Assembly: GCA_009392915.1 (NCBI GenBank)
Contig: CP045477.1
Coordinates: 288,001 to 352,000 of the forward strand
Direction: 5' to 3'
Length of the DNA stretch: 64,000 nucleotides
Source: Candidatus Forterrea multitransposorum CG_2015-17_Forterrea_25_41
GTDB taxonomy: Archaea > Iainarchaeota > Iainarchaeia > Iainarchaeales > CSSED10-239
Shown here: piece by piece, positions 51,348-59,631 of the stretch
Layout: each line of letters opens with the position of its first letter
How positions within the stretch are numbered: position 1 is the stretch's first letter
Notes under the pieces: generated by a model
Database searches by the model: none
The model's input: only the letters and a program-made list of their open reading frames with translations
Told to the model about the DNA's origin: nothing
Position numbers and translations under genes: made by a program

Positions 51348-51535
51348 TCTTCTTCAATAGTTATGCATTGTACAGGGCAAACATCTGCAGCTTGTTTGTT
51401 ACATCCAACTTCTTTAACTTCTGTCTTTATAGGCTTTGGTTTTTCTCCTTGAAATTTCCAATTATCAGCACAAACAGAAACACAAGCTCCGCAACCAATA
51501 CAAGCAGAATAATCTTGTTTAATTTTTACAACCAT
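51344..51535 (-). CDS. small ferredoxin ([4Fe-4S]/[3Fe-4S], single-cluster type)
   Basis: CIGCGACVSVC ... CP motifs in a 63-aa protein. Its stop abuts the endoIV-like start. Confidence 0.7.
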   Translation of the reverse strand: MVVKIKQDYSACIGCGACVSVCADNWKFQGEKPKPIKTEVKEVGCNKQAADVCPVQCITIEEE

Positions 51536-51659
51536 TTTAAAATTACCTCACATATTTTTTTTTAAATATACAATAAAATAATAAATAAACACATATAAAA
51601 ATATATCTATATACAATTTTAATATATATTTTTAAAAAACAAATAAATTAAGAAATTTT

Positions 51660-53900
51660 ATGGATGAAAAAATACCTAGAGGATCTCCTGGACAACTTTA
51701 TAGTTCAATTTCCGTAGAATCCAGAGATTTTTCTTTAGATGAAGATAAACTATCTAAAAAAGTCGAAAATGGATATGTTTTATTTTGTAAAAAAGTATAT
51801 AATCAATTTCCTTCTCTTGGTAACAATACTAAATATGATGAAAAATTACAATCAACAATTGATTTCTTAAAATGGGATTTAAAAGCTGAAGAGTATTTTG
51901 CAGGTTATAAATTTGTAATTTTTGCAGGTATTTTTTTAACTTTTGTAACAGTATTATTATTATATTCTTATCTTCTTCCAACTCTTACAAAAATGTTTGG
52001 AAATGCAATGGTTCCTACAGTTTTTATTTTTGGAGGTCCAATTGTTCTTTTTATTCTAGGAATTGATTCTTTTAAAAATTATCCTCACAAAAAACTTAAT
52101 CTAGAAAAAATATATGCACTAACTTTTGTACCTGAAATCTTAGGGTATATGATAATGTCAATGAAACTTGTTCCAAATCTTGAAAAAGCAATTGAGTTTG
52201 CATCAAGTCATGGTCACGGTAAAATTGCAGATGACTTAAAAACTTTACTTTGGGAAGTAAAGGTTGGAATTAAAACAAGTGTTGCAGAAGCAATAGATGA
52301 ACTTGCTTATAAATGGGGAGATGTTTCTCAAGAATTTAAAAAGTCTTTAATGAAAATAAGGTCTAGTGTTATTGAAATATCTGAATCAAAAAGATATCAA
52401 ATATTAGATCAAACAATGGAAGACACTTTAACCTCTATTAAAGGAAAACTAGAAGAATATGCAAGAGGGCTTTCACAACCTGCAATGGTTATGTTTTATC
52501 TAGGTATTTTACTTCCTTTATTATTAATTATTATATTACCAGTAGGTTCTGCTTTTTCAGATTCAAATCTTGCAAGACCAATTTATTTAATTTTAATTTA
52601 TAATCTAATAATACCTATTGGTTGTTTAATTTTTGCAAGAAAAGTTATAAGAGAAAGACCAATAACATATATTCCTCCAGTTATTCCAGATAATCATCCT
52701 GATCTTCCTGCAAAAAATACAATGGTATTTGGAAGTTTTAAAATAAACATTTATGTTTTATTAATAATTGTTGGAACAATTCTAGTTGCAGGAAGTATTT
52801 TTACACAAGCAACTTTTGGAAAAACAAGATATAATGTTTTACTTTCAGAAGGATATATTCAACAAGGAGAAGATATTTCTCAAGCAGACTTTTTATGTAC
52901 TACAGAAGAACTAGTCTATAAAGCAACAGAACCTAAATTTCAATGTGCTTCTGAAAGAGATTTTTGGCAAAGACCTGAAAACAATACTACTCCTTTTTTC
53001 ATAATTTATGGATCTTTATTAACAATTAGTTTTTTAGTTTCAATTTATTTATATGGTAAAAATATTTACAAAAGAAGAGTTCAAGTTAATTCTCAAAAAA
53101 TGGAAGATGAGTTTAAAGATGCATTATATGTAATTGCAAGTAGATTAGGTGAAAATAAACCAATTGAAGAGGCCTTAAATCATACTAAAAATTTCCTTCC
53201 AAATTCTTTAATTGCACAAAATATTTTTGCAAGAACTTTAGATAATATTAGAATAATGGGTCTTAATTTAAAAGCTTCTTTGTTTGATCCTAATTATGGA
53301 GCTTTAAAAAATAATCCTTCTAGGTTAATTAATAGTGCAATGCTATTAGTCGTAGACTCTGTTCAATTAGGTGTATCTGTAGCTGCAAAAACATTAATGT
53401 CCTATTCAATGCAACTTAGAAATACTGATGAAGTATCTAAAATGCTTACAAGTTTAATTGCAGATATTACTGGAACATTAAATAGTATGGCAAAATTTAT
53501 TGCACCAATTGTTCTTGGTATTACAACTGCTCTTCAAAAAATTGTAATGTCAACATTAAACTCTATATCTTCAAGTAATGTTATGCAAGATATGGAAAAA
53601 ATGGTTCAAGGTATTGGTGAAGGTGCTACTGCTGCAGGACTTGGAAGTGTAAATATAGGTGGTGTTTCAGGTTTAGGAACCTCCATTGATCCTACAAAAA
53701 TAGCACAGTTTGCAAGTGCAACAACATTTTTAATAATTGTTGCAATATATGTTATACAGATTGTAATAATTATTGTATATTTTACAACAATGATAGAACA
53801 AGAAAACATTATCTTAGCAAAGGTAAGAATTGCACAAACTTTACCAATTGCAACAATTTTGTTTATATTAACAACAATTTTATCCAATTTTTTATTTTAA
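51660..53900 (+). CDS. FlaJ/TadC-like type IV pilus platform membrane protein (two T2SS-F domains)
   Basis: Two helical cytoplasmic domains (about 160-300 and 520-660), each followed by TM bundles. 746 aa. Confidence 0.6.
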   Translation: MDEKIPRGSPGQLYSSISVESRDFSLDEDKLSKKVENGYVLFCKKVYNQFPSLGNNTKYDEKLQSTIDFLKWDLKAEEYFAGYKFVIFAGIFLTFVTVLLLYSYLLPTLTKMFGNAMVPTVFIFGGPIVLFILGIDSFKNYPHKKLNLEKIYALTFVPEILGYMIMSMKLVPNLEKAIEFASSHGHGKIADDLKTLLWEVKVGIKTSVAEAIDELAYKWGDVSQEFKKSLMKIRSSVIEISESKRYQILDQTMEDTLTSIKGKLEEYARGLSQPAMVMFYLGILLPLLLIIILPVGSAFSDSNLARPIYLILIYNLIIPIGCLIFARKVIRERPITYIPPVIPDNHPDLPAKNTMVFGSFKINIYVLLIIVGTILVAGSIFTQATFGKTRYNVLLSEGYIQQGEDISQADFLCTTEELVYKATEPKFQCASERDFWQRPENNTTPFFIIYGSLLTISFLVSIYLYGKNIYKRRVQVNSQKMEDEFKDALYVIASRLGENKPIEEALNHTKNFLPNSLIAQNIFARTLDNIRIMGLNLKASLFDPNYGALKNNPSRLINSAMLLVVDSVQLGVSVAAKTLMSYSMQLRNTDEVSKMLTSLIADITGTLNSMAKFIAPIVLGITTALQKIVMSTLNSISSSNVMQDMEKMVQGIGEGATAAGLGSVNIGGVSGLGTSIDPTKIAQFASATTFLIIVAIYVIQIVIIIVYFTTMIEQENIILAKVRIAQTLPIATILFILTTILSNFLF

Positions 53901-53914
53901 AAAAATGAGTATAA

Positions 53915-54433
53915 ATGTTTATAAAAAATAATAAAGGACAAGCTTTTGAAGCATATCAATTATTGATTGCATTTATTATAGCAACTGCTATTTTAGGAAT
54001 TATTGTAATGATGATTTCAAAAACAAATAGTCAAGCAATAATTATTAGTAATCAAAAGATTGAAGATGCTTTTACTTCTGCAATAAATAGTCCTGTAATT
54101 AGTATGGAAAAACCTTTTGTTGTAAAAGATGTTTTAATAACAGGTATTTTAAGTTATGAAAGATATGAACAAATTTCAGGTATTGAAGAAGGGTGCTTTG
54201 GGTTTATTGTAGGGCCTGGAGTTACTTTACAACCATATGGAGTTATTGTTGATAAAAAATATTTAAAAACAAATGTTTATTTTTCATGTGGTTTAAGAAA
54301 CATGAGTGGTCTTCCTGATGAAATTTATCCAGGTGTATCTGGAAATAGGCCTTTTCAAGATGATCCTTCAAGGGAATGTGAAAGATTATTTTGTGTAATG
54401 TATATTAATAAAACTCCAGAAGTTTTAAATTAG
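53915..54433 (+). CDS. type IV pilin-like protein (class III signal peptide), Cys-containing
   Basis: MFIKNNKGQAFEAYQLLIAFIIATAILGIIVMMI has a KG|QAFE prepilin cleavage motif and a hydrophobic helix. Six Cys in the globular part. Confidence 0.6.
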   Translation: MFIKNNKGQAFEAYQLLIAFIIATAILGIIVMMISKTNSQAIIISNQKIEDAFTSAINSPVISMEKPFVVKDVLITGILSYERYEQISGIEEGCFGFIVGPGVTLQPYGVIVDKKYLKTNVYFSCGLRNMSGLPDEIYPGVSGNRPFQDDPSRECERLFCVMYINKTPEVLN

Positions 54434-54449
54434 ATTAAAAGAAGTAATT

Positions 54450-54953
54450 ATGAATAAAAATAAATGGACAAGAAATATTAAATATTTTTTAATTGCTATA
54501 ATAATACTTGTTTTTGGATATTTTTTTGGAATAATTATTTTAGGTATAATTGCGTTAATTATTGTTTTAATGAGTATTTTATTTTTAATATCTTTATTAT
54601 TTAATAAATCATTAGATTTTTTCTTAAATAAAAAAGTAAGATTGTTTATAACAATGTTTTTTTCTCTTGCAATATCTTATGGATTTATTATGTTATTTTG
54701 GAAAAGTATAGATTCTATTTTAAATGTAGTTTTAAAAATTTCTGTTATCTGGGCAATTACTGCTTTTATTTTTGGATCTCTTTGGAATATTTTTGTTATT
54801 AGAAAAAGAGTAGTTTATAAAAATAAAGTTTTTGATTATAAAGAAAAAGATTTAAAGATTGGAATTCAGTTTAAAGATATTATATTTATGATTTTAATTC
54901 CTTTAATCTTTAGTTTAACATTTAGTATTTTAAAAGGAATTTTAATAATATAA
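54450..54953 (+). CDS. polytopic membrane protein inside pilus locus
   Basis: 167 aa with 4-5 TM segments. No peptidase Asp motifs. Confidence 0.4.
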   Translation: MNKNKWTRNIKYFLIAIIILVFGYFFGIIILGIIALIIVLMSILFLISLLFNKSLDFFLNKKVRLFITMFFSLAISYGFIMLFWKSIDSILNVVLKISVIWAITAFIFGSLWNIFVIRKRVVYKNKVFDYKEKDLKIGIQFKDIIFMILIPLIFSLTFSILKGILII

Positions 54954-55019
54954 TAACATTTAAATATCTTTTGGACTAAAAAATTAATAAATATTATATT
55001 ATTGAGGTGAAAAATAATT

Positions 55020-55553
55020 ATGAAATTAATATCTTTAAAAAATAGTAAAGGTCAAGCTTTCTCAACATTTCAGTTATTAATTGCTGCTGTTGTTGCTTTA
55101 GCTTTATTAGGTGTATTAATGCCAATTATTGGTGGAATTAATCCTGGTACAGACCGTTTAGTTGATGCTTTAAAAGAAAGAATTAATACTCAACAAGATC
55201 AACCAGGAACTTTAACCTTAACTGATGAAATAAAAGTATCTTCAAAAGGAGATCCGTATGTTTCTGCAGCAACAATTACAGAAGGAACAGGACTAGCTGA
55301 TGATCAAGTAAAATTTATGTTAAATGGATATGAAAATGATTTTGCAGTTAACGAAGGTAATAATGTTTTAGAAGTTAGAGCTTCAAGTTCAGTAACATAT
55401 CAATTTGGAGTTTTATGTCATAGAAATTTTGAAGAACTTGAAAACTCTATAAATGATTATTCATCAATTATTAAAGAAACAGAAGATCTTCCTACATTTG
55501 ATGAAGAAAACGATAATGTAAGAGTATGTGTTGTTGTTCCAGTAAAAAGATAA
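55020..55553 (+). CDS. type IV pilin-like protein (class III signal peptide)
   Basis: MKLISLKNSKGQAFSTFQLLIAAVVALALLGVLM. GAGGTGA Shine-Dalgarno. Confidence 0.65.
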   Translation: MKLISLKNSKGQAFSTFQLLIAAVVALALLGVLMPIIGGINPGTDRLVDALKERINTQQDQPGTLTLTDEIKVSSKGDPYVSAATITEGTGLADDQVKFMLNGYENDFAVNEGNNVLEVRASSSVTYQFGVLCHRNFEELENSINDYSSIIKETEDLPTFDEENDNVRVCVVVPVKR

Positions 55554-55576
55554 AATTAGTTTAAAAAAGATAATAT

Positions 55577-55777
55577 ATGAAAACAATTAAAAAGAAAATT
55601 TTAATGATCCTAAAAGATCAAAAAGGACAAACAGAGTCTAATACAGTTTTCTTTTTAATTGTTGTCGCTATTGTTGCAATAATTTTGATTGCTGTTGTAA
55701 AACCAATGTTTAATAAATCAGTAAAAACTTCAGCAAAACAAGCAGCACTTCCTTCTCAAACGATACCTGTTGAATAA
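55577..55777 (+). CDS. short pilin-like protein
   Basis: KDQKGQTESNTVFFLIVVAIVAIILIAV with only about 25 aa beyond the helix. Confidence 0.5.
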   Translation: MKTIKKKILMILKDQKGQTESNTVFFLIVVAIVAIILIAVVKPMFNKSVKTSAKQAALPSQTIPVE

Positions 55778-55836
55778 ATAATTTTATTTAAAAAAGAAAA
55801 CTATTTTAAATACTTCTTATAATATCTTTATAATAT

Positions 55837-56418
55837 ATGTTATTAAAGATATCAAATAAAGCACAAATGAGTGCACCTTTTGAATTATTAGTTGCAATTA
55901 TAGTTATGATTTTTGTAGTTGCTGCAGGAAGCTATGCTCTTGCAAACTTAAATGAAAATACTTGTCTTGGAAATAAAAGACAAGAAATGAGTAATCTTGT
56001 TTCTTCTTTAAGAGAAGTTGTTTTAGGATCAGATCTAGCATACAGAACAATTGATTTTTCAACAAAAGCATGTTATAATGAAAATAATGAACAAACATAT
56101 CTAAGAGTGGTTGATAATGATAGAGATGTTTGTGAAAGATTTTGTGGGTCTGGAACAAGCTGTATTCTTTTACAATACCAGTATGTTGATGAAGTTAAAC
56201 TTGATTATAAATATCCAATAGATCCTGTTTGTACATATCTTCCTACAAATTTAGTTTTTGGTTCAGATACAGATTGTGGAATAGACCCAGATGTTACTAA
56301 TGAAGAAACTATTGATCCTACTGAAGATAATTCAAATATAAAAAGAGGAACATATAAAATATATAAACTATCAAATTCAGGTCCTTTATATAAAGTTTGT
56401 ATGATAAAAATAAGGTGA
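55837..56418 (+). CDS. pilin-like protein, cysteine-rich (10 Cys)
   Basis: NKAQMSAPFELLVAIIVMIFVVAAG N-terminus (A at -1). Globular part has CxxxC/CxxC pairs. Confidence 0.5.
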   Translation: MLLKISNKAQMSAPFELLVAIIVMIFVVAAGSYALANLNENTCLGNKRQEMSNLVSSLREVVLGSDLAYRTIDFSTKACYNENNEQTYLRVVDNDRDVCERFCGSGTSCILLQYQYVDEVKLDYKYPIDPVCTYLPTNLVFGSDTDCGIDPDVTNEETIDPTEDNSNIKRGTYKIYKLSNSGPLYKVCMIKIR

Positions 56419-56426
56419 TTTTTTAA

Positions 56427-57074
56427 ATGTTTGATTTTGCTCTTTCAAAAATAAATATGTTAATTTTTGTAACTGCAATAGCTGTAGTTGTAATTTTTTT
56501 TATGAATACCTTAAATGATACTCTTAAAACAAGACAAAGTTATGAACTTGCATTTAAAATAGGTAAAGAAATCAAGACTGTAATTGATTCAGATAGTTAT
56601 TGTTCAATAAAATTTATTGAAGTTCCTAAAACAATAAGAATTAGAGAAGGAAGTAGTCTTTCTGGAATTACTTATAAGCTAGGATTAAAAAGTTATATGC
56701 AACTTGATAATCAATCACTAATTATTTATTTAACTGATTTAAAAGAAAAAAATATTCTTGGAGCTTATAATTTAGATTATAATGGAACAATTAATTTTTT
56801 TTCTTCAGAATATAATAACACAGAATATAGATTTAATAATGAAGGTGAAGAAGAAATAGTTTATTACCCTAGAGAAGAAAATTCAAATACTACAAGTTTA
56901 TTAATTCTTAAAAATATTGAAAACAATGAAAATAATTATTTTGTAATACCATGTGAAAAAAAATATGGTGAATATAGTTGTAAGAGATATGTTTGTCAAG
57001 ATAATGATGATATAAAAGATTTTTCTTGTTTAAATGATTTCTGTAGCACATCTATGGAGGAAAATAATACATGA
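56427..57074 (+). CDS. pilin-like / pilus-associated protein, Cys-rich C-terminus
   Basis: N-terminal hydrophobic helix MLIFVTAIAVVVIFF without a KGQ motif. C-terminal CEKKYGEYSCKRYVCQDNDDIKDFSCLNDFC. Confidence 0.4.
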   Translation: MFDFALSKINMLIFVTAIAVVVIFFMNTLNDTLKTRQSYELAFKIGKEIKTVIDSDSYCSIKFIEVPKTIRIREGSSLSGITYKLGLKSYMQLDNQSLIIYLTDLKEKNILGAYNLDYNGTINFFSSEYNNTEYRFNNEGEEEIVYYPREENSNTTSLLILKNIENNENNYFVIPCEKKYGEYSCKRYVCQDNDDIKDFSCLNDFCSTSMEENNT

Positions 57075-57592
57075 ATCAAAAAGGATTTATAGGATCAATT
57101 GGAGATGATCTTCCAAGTCTTATTCCAATCTTTTTAGGTTTAGTTGTATTTTTTTCTGTATTCTTAGGTGTATTTAATGATTATAATGCAAAAAATAGAG
57201 TTTATACTTTAAATCAAGAAGCTGTTGAAATTTCTATGCAACTTAAATCAGATCCTGTTATTGTTAGTTATGATCATTTTATTGAAAAATGTAATGAGAT
57301 TAATACTCCAAAAAACTGGAATGCTTTTTTAGTTGATCTGCCACAAAATACTGAAGATTTTAAGTCTATAACTTTAGAAGATATTTATGATGATTATCAA
57401 AATAATGTAATAAAAATAGAAAATCCTGATTTTGGCACAGAAAATTATTTTATCTGTAATGAAGATGAAGAGAACTTAGATCAATTAAAAGATACTTCTA
57501 AAAATATAATTAATTTTTTATATCCTGTAGTTTTACAAAACCAGGATGGTTATTCAACAACTGCAAGATTATATATTTTAATATGGGAATAA
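57071..57592 (+). CDS. pilin-like / pilus-associated protein
   Basis: MNQKGFIGSIGDDLPSLIPIFLGLVVFFSVFLGVF. Overlaps the previous stop (ATGA). Confidence 0.4.
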   Translation: MNQKGFIGSIGDDLPSLIPIFLGLVVFFSVFLGVFNDYNAKNRVYTLNQEAVEISMQLKSDPVIVSYDHFIEKCNEINTPKNWNAFLVDLPQNTEDFKSITLEDIYDDYQNNVIKIENPDFGTENYFICNEDEENLDQLKDTSKNIINFLYPVVLQNQDGYSTTARLYILIWE

Positions 57593-57593
57593 A

Positions 57594-58343
57594 ATGAAAC
57601 TGAAATTAAAAAATTATAAAGGCCAAGCTGCAATGACAGATTCTTTGTTTTTTTTAACAATAATTGTAGCTTTGTGTGTTTTATTATTTCAATTTTCTGC
57701 AACATATGGAGAAAGAGTAGATCTTGCAATTAATAATTTATATTTTAAAGAATACACAAATTCAAGTCTTAAGACAATTTATTATACAGATATACCCTTA
57801 GATAATACTAAAGATATAGAGGATAGTTTAGAAACTGATTATTTAATTACATCTTTAAAAAGTGATTATTTAAGTGATGAAAAAATAGGTTATAGTGATA
57901 TTAATTCTTTAAATAAAGATGATGTTAAGGATCTTTCAAAATATAATTTATTCCATACAATTAAATCTTTAATGTATGCACTTCCAAATTATGATTATAT
58001 TTATTATATACAAGAATCAAGTGGACAAAAATTTATTTATTTTATGCTAAAAATAAATAATTTTGAAGATAATGAGCTTGAACAACTTTATTATTTATGT
58101 GAACCTACATCTATTAATCCAGTAAGAAATGTTGTTCAGAGAACAAATAAAATATATTCATCTTCTTCTCCTCAAATATATCAAACAAAAGATACTGGAG
58201 AAGTAAGAGCAACTTCTAATTTAACAATATGGCCTTCAACAAGCAGTATTAATAAAGAATATCTAGAAGGAAGATTAGACTCTCTTACTGATAATGAAAT
58301 TGAAAATATAACTAATTTAAAATGTAAAGAATATATTGAATAA
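57594..58343 (+). CDS. type IV pilin-like protein (class III signal peptide)
   Basis: MKLKLKNYKGQAAMTDSLFFLTIIVALCVLLF. Confidence 0.6.
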   Translation: MKLKLKNYKGQAAMTDSLFFLTIIVALCVLLFQFSATYGERVDLAINNLYFKEYTNSSLKTIYYTDIPLDNTKDIEDSLETDYLITSLKSDYLSDEKIGYSDINSLNKDDVKDLSKYNLFHTIKSLMYALPNYDYIYYIQESSGQKFIYFMLKINNFEDNELEQLYYLCEPTSINPVRNVVQRTNKIYSSSSPQIYQTKDTGEVRATSNLTIWPSTSSINKEYLEGRLDSLTDNEIENITNLKCKEYIE

Positions 58344-58348
58344 GAAGA

Positions 58349-59002
58349 CTAAAACTTTAAACCTAAGTCATCTTCATTATCTTCTTCAAGATCTAAAGAA
58401 TCAGAATCATCGTCCAATAAATCTTGTATATCAGAATCTTCTTTTTTCTTAGTTTTCTTTTCTTCTTTAACATTTTTTTTAGAAGGTTCTTCTTTCTTTT
58501 TTGAAGTTTCTTTTTTTGGTGCTAATTTATTTTCATTTCTTATTTCTTCAGATTCAAGTTGATTAAAAACATCTTCAACTAAAGATTTCATATTGTCTGT
58601 TTCAACTATTTCTCCTGATTCATCTTTAGAGGCTCTATAATGTTTACTACTTTTAATAGTTTCTTGAATTTCTTCTTTTTTAAAATTATTTAAATTATCA
58701 TCATTACTTACTTGAGAATAAATAGCATCAGCAATACTATCTATGTCAGGAGCTACAATATCTGAAATGTTTCTTAAAACTTTTTGAATCTTTTCATCTT
58801 TATGTACAATTAGTTTTTTCTTTTGACCAACATCTAAAAGACTTTTAATATTATCCTCTTCTTCACTGTTATCTTGATAAGTTTTAGAAGAATAATTATG
58901 TTTTTCTTCATGTCCAAAAGGTACATCTGAATAAACAATTTCTCCATTTATATATTTTCTAAAATGTCTTCTTTCTCTTCTAGGTACTTTTTCAATTTCC
59001 AT
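58349..59002 (-). CDS. acidic/lysine-rich hypothetical protein with poly-acidic C-terminal tail (...DDDSDSLDLEEDNEDDLGLKF)
   Basis: The ORF-track start at 59074 adds a hydrophobic leader overlapping the promoter. The ATG at 59002 (MEIEKVPRRERRHF) is more plausible. Confidence 0.4.
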   Translation of the reverse strand: MEIEKVPRRERRHFRKYINGEIVYSDVPFGHEEKHNYSSKTYQDNSEEEDNIKSLLDVGQKKKLIVHKDEKIQKVLRNISDIVAPDIDSIADAIYSQVSNDDNLNNFKKEEIQETIKSSKHYRASKDESGEIVETDNMKSLVEDVFNQLESEEIRNENKLAPKKETSKKKEEPSKKNVKEEKKTKKKEDSDIQDLLDDDSDSLDLEEDNEDDLGLKF

Positions 59003-59117
59003 ATTTAATTTTCTCTTTAATTTTCTTATTTTTATATAAATTAATATATATAATAAGCCTTTTAAATCTTTCAATTAATATATATTATAGATATATTATA
59101 TTTTTGGGGATAAATTA

Positions 59118-59618
59118 ATGGAAAACATATTTCAAACAATCTTAAATTATTTATTATTTATTTTAAAGTTAGTTGGTGTTTCAATACTTTTCTCAATTCC
59201 TTTCTTTATAATTGTAAAAATATTCAAATCTAAATTTATTAATTTAAGAAAGAAATTTAGTGTTATTGGTTCTCTTTTTATAATTATTTATATAATTTCA
59301 TACATTATTTTATTATTAATTTATTTTTTACCAATTATTTCAACTTTTTATCAAGATTTAACATTTTGGCAATCAGTAGGTTTTATTTTCTATCATTTAA
59401 TAAGATTAATTTTAATTAACATAATAATTTCAGGAGTTATTCTTTCCTTTTCATTTATAACTCTTGCAATTTATGATAAGTCTGAAACAAATAAAAAGAA
59501 ACCTTATCATAATCTTAATTTATTTAAAAGTCTAATAATTACAAATATAATTATATTTTTTATATTATTAGTCTTTCCAAAATTAATAGCATTATTAGTT
59601 TATTTAATATATATATAA
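59118..59618 (+). CDS. membrane protein (4-5 TM)
   Basis: 166 aa, hydrophobic. GGGGA Shine-Dalgarno. Immediately upstream of the giant ORF. Confidence 0.45.
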   Translation: MENIFQTILNYLLFILKLVGVSILFSIPFFIIVKIFKSKFINLRKKFSVIGSLFIIIYIISYIILLLIYFLPIISTFYQDLTFWQSVGFIFYHLIRLILINIIISGVILSFSFITLAIYDKSETNKKKPYHNLNLFKSLIITNIIIFFILLVFPKLIALLVYLIYI

Positions 59619-59631
59619 AAAAAGAGAAACT

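Noticed and set aside
51272-51565. 97-aa plus-strand ORF
   Set aside because: Overlaps the minus-strand ferredoxin, which has clear Cys-cluster motifs, and the endoIV-like start. Its composition is low-complexity.
53606-53887. 93-aa minus-strand ORF inside FlaJ-like gene
   Set aside because: Antisense overlap.
54450-54953. prepilin peptidase (PibD/FlaK) candidate in pilus locus
   Set aside because: It is polytopic but lacks the two conserved catalytic Asp contexts (the GxGD-type motif), and it is shorter than known peptidases.
55904-56158. 84-aa minus-strand ORF inside Cys-rich pilin gene
   Set aside because: Antisense overlap.
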